From Polyangiaceae bacterium (GTDB lineage Bacteria; Myxococcota_A; Polyangia; Polyangiales; Polyangiaceae): a DNA stretch of 17,083 bases. The DNA is taken from assembly GCA_044222475.1 (NCBI GenBank), contig JBGANF010000154.1, positions 1 to 17,083 on the forward strand, written 5' to 3'. How positions within the stretch are numbered: the first letter of the stretch is position 1; every line of letters starts with the position of its first letter. Below, in pieces: positions 16,818-17,083 of the stretch. The notes beneath the pieces are model-generated. The model had not been told where the DNA came from and did not search any database. It saw nothing but the letters and a program-made list of their open reading frames with translations. The translations under genes were made by a program, and so were the position numbers.

Positions 16818-17083
16818 ATGCAACGACGCATCGACGGTCCCGGTTCGGTTTCGTTCACCTTCGCCGACGAGGATCCGACTCCGGTCGAGCCTCCCAAGCC
16901 GCGGACCGTCTCGCACGACGGCCCTCAGGCCTACGACTCGGACCTCGCTCGGTACGCGCAGAACGCGACGGCTCCGGCGCGCACCGCCAGCGACGCCACG
17001 ACGACGCGACCGCCGCCGAACGACCAGGTGATGTACCTCGGCACCAACACCCAGAAGACCGCCGACGGCAAGACGACCCAGAG
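16818..17083 (+). CDS. 5' part of a hypothetical protein running off the right edge
   Basis: Open frame from ATG 16818: MQRRIDGPGSVSFTFADEDPTPVEPPKPRTVSHDGPQAYDSDLARYAQNAT...QVMYLGTNTQKTADGKTTQ; no stop before the window end; GC3-rich toward the end. Confidence 0.6.
   Translation, partial: MQRRIDGPGSVSFTFADEDPTPVEPPKPRTVSHDGPQAYDSDLARYAQNATAPARTASDATTTRPPPNDQVMYLGTNTQKTADGKTTQ

Noticed and set aside
16731..16916. Longer kinase N-terminus as given in the ORF track
   Set aside because: It would overlap the divergent CDS starting at 16818 and the regulatory-looking T-tract; ATG 16730 directly precedes subdomain I.

Overview
GC-rich bacterial window, probably Myxococcota (Polyangiaceae/Labilithrix-like, inferred from the gene types: many Cys-rich lipoproteins, a TPR-PEGA protein, a Hanks-type kinase and a DUF1565/PGRS-like lipoprotein). 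Gene order: partial upstream CDS; Kelch-repeat lipoprotein (-); coaX, FecCD/BtuC permease and YfbM/DUF1877 gene, coupled by ATGA overlaps (+); ArsR-SRPBCC pair with a clear operator and promoter (-); two lipoproteins and an RHH-PIN (VapBC-like) toxin-antitoxin pair (-); a large and a small lipoprotein behind a structured leader (+); a stand-alone PLD-SF2 helicase-DUF3427 (SauUSI-like) candidate defence nuclease (+); a four-gene cluster (-) of an atypical Ser/Thr kinase, a single-pass Pro/Thr stalk protein, a TPR-PEGA protein and a disrupted Gly-rich lipoprotein; and a partial CDS at the right edge. The best candidate for an undescribed system is the four-gene cluster, which looks like a split trans-envelope kinase signalling module. 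No tRNA, rRNA, CRISPR array, integrase or transposase was seen. All family assignments are by motif recognition, without database searches.
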